Shown in pieces: positions 53,088 through 60,000 of a stretch of DNA of 60,000 nucleotides; position 1 is the first letter of the stretch, and each line of letters begins with the position of its first letter. Source of the stretch: Lytechinus pictus. Lineage: Eukaryota. The stretch covers positions 33,296,001 to 33,356,000 of the forward strand of contig NC_087251.1 of assembly GCF_037042905.1 (NCBI RefSeq), read 5' to 3'. A model generated the notes under the pieces. That model worked only from the letters and a program-made list of their open reading frames with translations, was not told the origin of the DNA and did not search any database. The position numbers were made by a program, and so were the translations under genes.

Positions 53088-53180
53088 AAGTATAAATGAG
53101 ATAAAGCATGTTTTCACGCACTGTACACGCATGCACACTATATTCATCTCTCCTGTAAATTACATAAAAATAACGAATAA

Positions 53181-53342
53181 TACCATGGTCACATTTGCTC
53201 TACGGCGGCCGTACGGCGAGTCGAAAACAGCCGTTACAACATTTTTTGTACCAACTACATATAGGTGGTTTGAATTAAAATTAATAAAATGGCTGTTTTC
53301 GACTCGCCGTACGGCCGCCGTAGAACAAATGTGACCAAGGTA
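53181..53342. mobile_element. PIF/Harbinger-type palindromic MITE
   Basis: ~55-bp near-perfect TIRs and a TAA target-site duplication. Confidence 0.9.
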
Positions 53343-55904
53343 TAAGAACCTAACCTTGGTCTGTCTACAGTACGCTTGATTACGATGCACAAAGAGTGAA
53401 GGGATAAAATTCGAGACAACGATTACTATCAGATGAAATCATGACTCAGCCTTGCAATGACACATCATTTTAATCTCGCTCTTTCTATCTCTCTCTTTTT
53501 TAAGAGAGTCATTACCCGGCATTGACTATTTCTATTTTTTTTCAATCTTTTTCTCATATCACCGTATTCCTCTTTCTTTTCCCATATCTCCCGTCTGTCT
53601 CGTTCAATCCATCTATCCAGTACCTTATTTCTCATTTTATTTTTTTTATCTGTCTCGTTTTACACGGGATAGTCGTGACCCAACTTATTTGATATTCGTC
53701 TCCCTTCTTCGCCCCCTCTCTCACCTTTTTTTCGCTCTTGTCTGTATGTCTTTCTTTCTCTCACCCTCGTACACATACACATTCTCACACCTACCCTACT
53801 TTTTTCACTTCCTCCTCTTCTATCTTCTTCTTTCCCCTAACACATCCCCTCTCTTTCTTTTCCCCTTGCTCCTCTTCTCCCATTCATGATCTTAAATCTT
53901 TCACTCGCCTCCCCTCCATGCCTCTCCCCTTAATAACGCAAGTAATAATTTGGTACGTGCTTACAGGCACGATGGTATCTATTCAGTATATTTGCACGTA
54001 CTCATTCACACACACACACACACACCCTCACACACTAATACGCACTCACGCTCAAACAGCTTTAAAAACGTACACTATCACACACTCACCCTTTCCAGAC
54101 TCTCACACACTCACCCAATATCAGGCACACACACATGCGCCCACCCACGCACATGATTTACCCCCACACACGCACTCTCACCCCCACACACAAACACACC
54201 CTCATGAAATCATATTTTCACGCACTCGCTCGTTTACACTCCTAACATTGGGCATATAGTTATATACGAGAGTGTGCATGTGTAATACATGTATCCGTTC
54301 TTCTATTTTGCTGATTGTTTTTTTTTTATCTATTATACCCTTTCACATTTTTTTTTTTGGGGGGGATTCATAGTAAAATTTTTAATGGAAATTCCAAAAT
54401 TTTATTTCAATATCTATTAATTGTAACTCAACATGCTCAAGTCAATATATGTTCTTATGTAAAAACCAAATGGAATTAAATTTGAAATTGTGCTTAGTCC
54501 ATACCTTTATGTTCCTCGATAACAATTTAAACTAAATTGCTGAATAAAAGTAATTTCGATATACATATATCGCGTTTAATTTTCTTCCTATACATTCCAA
54601 ACAAGAACTGAATTATAAAGAGTAGCCTCAGTGTTATACACCCATATTGTTAAATTAATGTTTTGCGTCAACTTGTTTGATGTATGTCTATATATATATT
54701 TATTAATGAAAGTGATAATTAGGGGGCCAAGAGCAATATCAAGGATGTATTGCAAAATGAATTGTGACATTGTTCTTTTTTTGTTTTGCATTTTGTCGCC
54801 ATCATGTTTGTCTGTACAGTTAATAATAAATAATCCATGCGTGTAATGATACTGCGGCTGCTTATACAGGCACGTAAAATGATATCCGCTGAATCGAACT
54901 CTTCAGCCGTGTATGGTCGTGTATTGTGAGTCTTATTAGTATCAAGCGCGCGCTTATTCTGTGGTTGCACGCTTTGACCGTATGTTGTCATGGCAATTTC
55001 TTCATTCACATCCTAGTTTATGATTAAGGGAATCGGTCATCAACGAAAATTAGATGGAATTTTCACACCGAGGTTAAAATCCAATCGGGGTGTGATAATG
55101 CGTGTCTAATTTCATATTTGATCGGAAAACAGATCGGAAGAGAGTATAGTATAATGATAATAATAAAAACAATCATATACCCGCATTTTGAGCTAGGTTT
55201 TGCATAGATATAATTTTGAATGTTGAATGATAAATCAATTGTTCATTTCTTTTAATGTAATTCTGTTGACGTACTTCAAATTGACACTAAAGATGTTAAA
55301 ACGTTATAAAGGTATAACGCATGACATGGTCATAATAATAAATCATTTACTTAGGTTGGTATATATTTTAATCAAATTACGACAAGCAAAAAAAATTAAT
55401 TTATTGGCACTTACTGGTCCTGGAAAATGCTAATTATTAAAACGAAATTACAAATACAATTTAGGTGGGAACAGACAAATAATTGATTTATGAGTAACCG
55501 AAAAATTGCTGAATTAATCAAGAAAAAAATAATAATTACATAAATCATTTACAGACTTCTTTTGCAGCTTACTGAATCGCTTTATTATAGAGATATTGTA
55601 AAATATTATTATTTTTATTATAATTGCTGTTGTTGTTATTCCTATTGGAAGATTTTCATTTTCATGGTTGCTATACCCTGCCATGTTTTGTGTATTTTAT
55701 GTGGAATTAAAAGGATCTTAATCAGGAAAATGTTCACTACGAAAATGTACAGGGCTCGAATTCATAAGCGATTCAAATATCAATTGGCCAAATTGAAATA
55801 TACAACTGCTTCGCCAGACCCTGGTGAATGTTATCTACGATAATAACCCGGATCTAAGATTGAATTGAATTTTTGATCAATTTGATTTTTAGGGTAACCC
55901 CGAG

Positions 55905-56090
55905 GGGTAAAACGACATTTGCTTTTTTTCGTCTAAGATAAAGCGTTAGGGTTGTGATAGGGTTTTATGTTAGGTTTATGGTTAGGTTCAGGGTAGGGTA
56001 TAATGTTAAATCCAATGTTGAACTTGGTAATTCCATTAGTGTGTGGAATTCACAACGGAGTTATTGTCACCGGAGTAAATTTCATGGAAC
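55905..56090 (+). repeat. Second copy of the tagggttaggg-containing interspersed repeat
   Basis: Shares a long motif string with 140-335. Confidence 0.65.
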
Positions 56091-57493
56091 CTCTGCGAGG
56101 CAAAGTGATAATCATCAATGCCAAAATTTTAATTTGTCGGCCTTTTTTTATTTTTTTATTAATGAATCCCCATTGGTAACATTAAATTGGGAGAAACTAG
56201 AGCCAACTAAACAGAAATATCTTTGTCCATAAAATCCAAACCTTAAAAATACTACTTCTGTTTCTCCAAAAGTAACATGCATAAATGTCAGGACTGCCCT
56301 GCGTTAGTTCCTTTCTTTCATTTCATTTATTCATTTTAGCAGGAGTCTACCTCAACCACAGACTTCTTTTTCGCAGGGCCATGCAAATTAAAAAAAATAC
56401 AAGTCGAAATGAAGCATTTAAGTCGAACAAAACGTACATCATTTAACAACGTGAACATTGTAATGACGTATTGTGTAGAAACAAAAACCATTAAAAAAAC
56501 ATTAATTAGATATAACATTGATGATAAAAGGGAGAAAGAGGTAACACAATAATAATAATTTAGTATATGTCTGTATGAAAAACTATTGATCTTTAAGTTC
56601 AAGCTTGAAATCTTTAAGTTACACAGTCATCTATATATACATCTACATTGTGTTGATCGACGTTTCCCAAAGGCACTCATCAAGCTTAACTTGCATTGAT
56701 GTCTCCCAATAACTTACTTGACAAGGTCTGTCTGACACGAACCACTCGCTTCGCTTCTTAGGTTGACAAGAAGGCGGGAGACACACAGTGTCTTCGAAAT
56801 TGCATTAAAGACAATTCTTCCGGCCGTCATGTCAGAAGCTTAGAATTACGGATAGCAGCTGTGGATATGCAAACACAGTGTACCTGTTGTCGTTTTCTCC
56901 GATGCTATGACCGACAGACAAGGCATAGACATGTCAGGTCCTTGTAACATAATGATTTGCGATTGATTTTTATGAAGGATTGTGCACAGTAATCAATGCC
57001 ATCAGTCGTAGAAAACAGCCCTACGATCATTCGCTAACCTTTATGATACCGGGCCCAGAAGATCGAATGAAGATATTAAGATCCGATAAGGAACTTGGAC
57101 CTGTTGCATAAAGAATTGTGTAAACGCAATCAACAAAAAACAAACGCAAATCTATTCTCAATGCTGACGAAAAAGGTTATGTGAAATTCATAATCTAACC
57201 CCATTTTGATGAACATGAATATAGCTCTATAGCTAGAGTACTTTTAAAATGCAGTAGCAACAAAATCAGTATCAACTGTAGTAGTATCACATTACAAGTA
57301 GTACACTGAGCGATAGTATCATTATTATAAGTAGTAGTAGTAGTAGTTGTACCAGATGTCTCCTCCGAGAAAACGCTGCCTGATATTGCAATGATTTTAT
57401 GAAGAGTAATAAGAGTAATATCAGAAGAAGTAGCAGTAATAGAAGAAGAGGACGGATGAGAAGAAGTAGTAGTAGTAGAAGAAGAAAAAAGGG

Positions 57494-57562
<69 letters not shown>

Positions 57563-57773
57563 CACTCTTTAAAAAATTTTACCCAATATTGGGTAGAATG
57601 GAAACATGCATATTTGTTGTGTAAAAAGATACCAAATGTTTTGTAAATTTTACGCAATGTTGCGTTGAAATTTCAAACATGCATTTTGCCCAAGGGGGGG
57701 GGGGATACCCAGCAAGCATGCATGTTCCCTTTCTACCCAATATTGGATGAATTATTACTCTCTGTTTTAGTGT

Positions 57774-57774
<1 letters not shown>
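57563..57774. mobile_element. CACTA-like MITE inserted in a (TAG)n microsatellite
   Basis: CAC...GTG termini, TA TSD, subterminal IR ccaatattgggtagaa..g.aacatgc, (TAG)n on both sides. Confidence 0.75.
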
Positions 57775-57828
<54 letters not shown>

Positions 57829-58994
57829 TAGTAGCACTAGCAGAAGTGGTAATAGAATAAGTAGCAGCAGCAGTAGTAGGAGTCGTAGTCGCGGCAGTAG
57901 CAGCAGTAGTATAGTAGTAGTATAGAAGTAATGGTGGTGGTAGTAATACTTGCTGTGGAAAAAAGTAATTTAGTATAGCATAGAAACATGGGCGGAAATC
58001 CAAAATCGAAGTAAAACATTATTTTGGACAAGATGGCCTAGCTTTTTGGGGTGATAACCTTTTTTTTCTTACAAATTGTTTACAAATTCCGGAGAAATAT
58101 CATTTACAAGTTCAAGAACATCGTCATCATGAATGCCATTGTCAAAGTTAAAACCCTTCATGCTATACAGTTGTACGCCAAAAAAAATGATGCACGCTTA
58201 ACAGAGACACATCATACATTATTCCAGCGAATTCTCAGTATACGGTATGCATAGCCATGATACGATAGGTTAGGAGGGAAGCTATGTAAACTAAGGTGTC
58301 ATTATTCAGATCACGGCAAGCAAGCCAACAACCTTCTCGACCACTCTTAGGCAAACCATCGATGATATTATTACGGTCAAAGATTTTGAAGTAAGGCCTC
58401 TTCACACTTTTGTCGTCTTCACCACCCATCATTATATTCTTATCTCAATTGAACTATAAGATATAAAATTAATGCTTGCAAACGGAGTAAAGACAGCGCC
58501 TTTATTTTCTGAAATCCTACATCATTATGAAATATGTATTCGAGCTAATAAACTACTTTAGCTCGAATATATCAAAATCAATATGTAATCTGATAAAATT
58601 AACAATTGACAGCTGTCTTTCAATGTATCACTGCCATAATCTTTTTTTTAGAAGAAACCATTTTGGTGACAATGTAACATATAGCTCTCACTTGATACCA
58701 ATTCCAATTGCATAAAACACTTCTGCATTATTCACCGTAGGTGAAAGCGATGGGCAAACTCTGAATTAATTATATAACGATAACATATGTTGTTTCTCTA
58801 AAGTATTCATTTTTCTATGTTTCTTTCTTTCTCTCTCTCTCATATAGAATTGTGATATGCATTTTAAAAAAAATTCTTTAGATTGATATTATGCTTACTA
58901 CAGTCTTCTATCACGATCACATTTAACAAATCGGAATCCAATATTAATATTTATTTTATTTTCAACAGAAAAATAAATACAATGACATTGTACG

Positions 58995-59022
58995 ATATAT
59001 ATATATACACACACACACACAC

Positions 59023-59121
<99 letters not shown>
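58995..59121. repeat. (AT)n/(AC)n/(GT)n dinucleotide microsatellite
   Basis: Directly visible. Confidence 0.95.
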
Positions 59122-60000
59122 ATGTGCGTGTGTATTATTTTCTTTATGAATATAAACATAATACGATATACATGATATCTCTTAAGGGGAAATCTGTGTA
59201 ATTAAGGTGAAAATAATAATATATTTTTTGCATAAGGAGTAAAAAGTGGAATAAAGTGTTTGATTGGAAGACTTCACAACGCCTCCCTAACACACATAAA
59301 CAAACCCATCCACCCCACACGCATATGAACACCCTCCCTTGCCATAATAATTAAAACAATCTAAAGCACGTTGTCCCTTTCCTCGTCTAGCCAGCCTGAA
59401 CGCACCACCTCACGCTTGTGAAAATCACCCAATTTTACTTCGGCGACCAAGTTGACCTTCTAACGTGCAATTAAGTCGTTCACCGCAATAACTGCCCACT
59501 AAATTGGTCTCCAGGAGCATTGGAAATTGATGAGCCTGGTCACTTTAAGGATCTCCACGGGTCATATCTGCAAATTTACCAATCTTTGGCGGTATGAGGG
59601 GAATTCTTGGGGTCTGTTATTGCCCCGAGGAAATTTCCTAGTTGCAACTTGTTTTTTGTCTTTAGTTTGTAAAACCTTTCCACGGCGAGCAGCAATATTT
59701 TTCGGATCTATCTGTTTAGTTTGTTCACGTATATAAGGCTTATCGTTTTTATTTCATTTGAAAGGAAAATTTACAGTAAACATTATTGTTAGATGTGTTC
59801 CCTCTCTCTGTGTGTCTCGTATCCAATATAAAAGTGAGCTAAACCCTGAAAGATCTTTAATCAAATTGTTTCATATCTCTAGATTTCACATTCAGTCAGT
59901 ATTTTCCAATACTTATGTATTGAGTCAAAATACCCTCATATCTTCTTTCATTTCCAACAACATAAATCATGGCATAGAACCATTATATTATAACAATTAT

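Noticed and set aside
53689..54259. 173-aa His/Thr-rich ORF
   Set aside because: Low-complexity CT- and CA-rich sequence that lacks stops by composition.

Overview
Eukaryotic, AT-rich, intron- and repeat-rich animal DNA. The MITE/SINE/HINE repertoire looks like an echinoderm such as a sea urchin, which is an inference. The first ~33 kb holds the 3' end of a + strand TMEM63/CSC1 (OSCA family) mechanosensitive channel gene, with clear exons at 510-615, 2099-2266, 7146-7312 and a terminal exon at 32638-32805. The ~25 kb phase-0 last intron contains several candidate alternative exons: a 39-nt GC-donor microexon, a 57-nt cassette and an alternative terminal exon with TMEM63-like tail motifs. These suggest a spliced, modular C-terminal tail. 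A long CpG-poor, UTR-like region runs to ~43.5-44 kb, followed by CpG-richer intergenic DNA. A second + strand gene starts at 50859 with a first coding exon encoding an N-terminal transmembrane helix. The rest is non-autonomous DNA transposons (Harbinger-, hAT-, CACTA-, Kolobok- and Helentron-like), tRNA-derived SINEs, minisatellites and microsatellites. No CRISPR array or prokaryotic system is present, and almost all ORFs in the supplied track are spurious.
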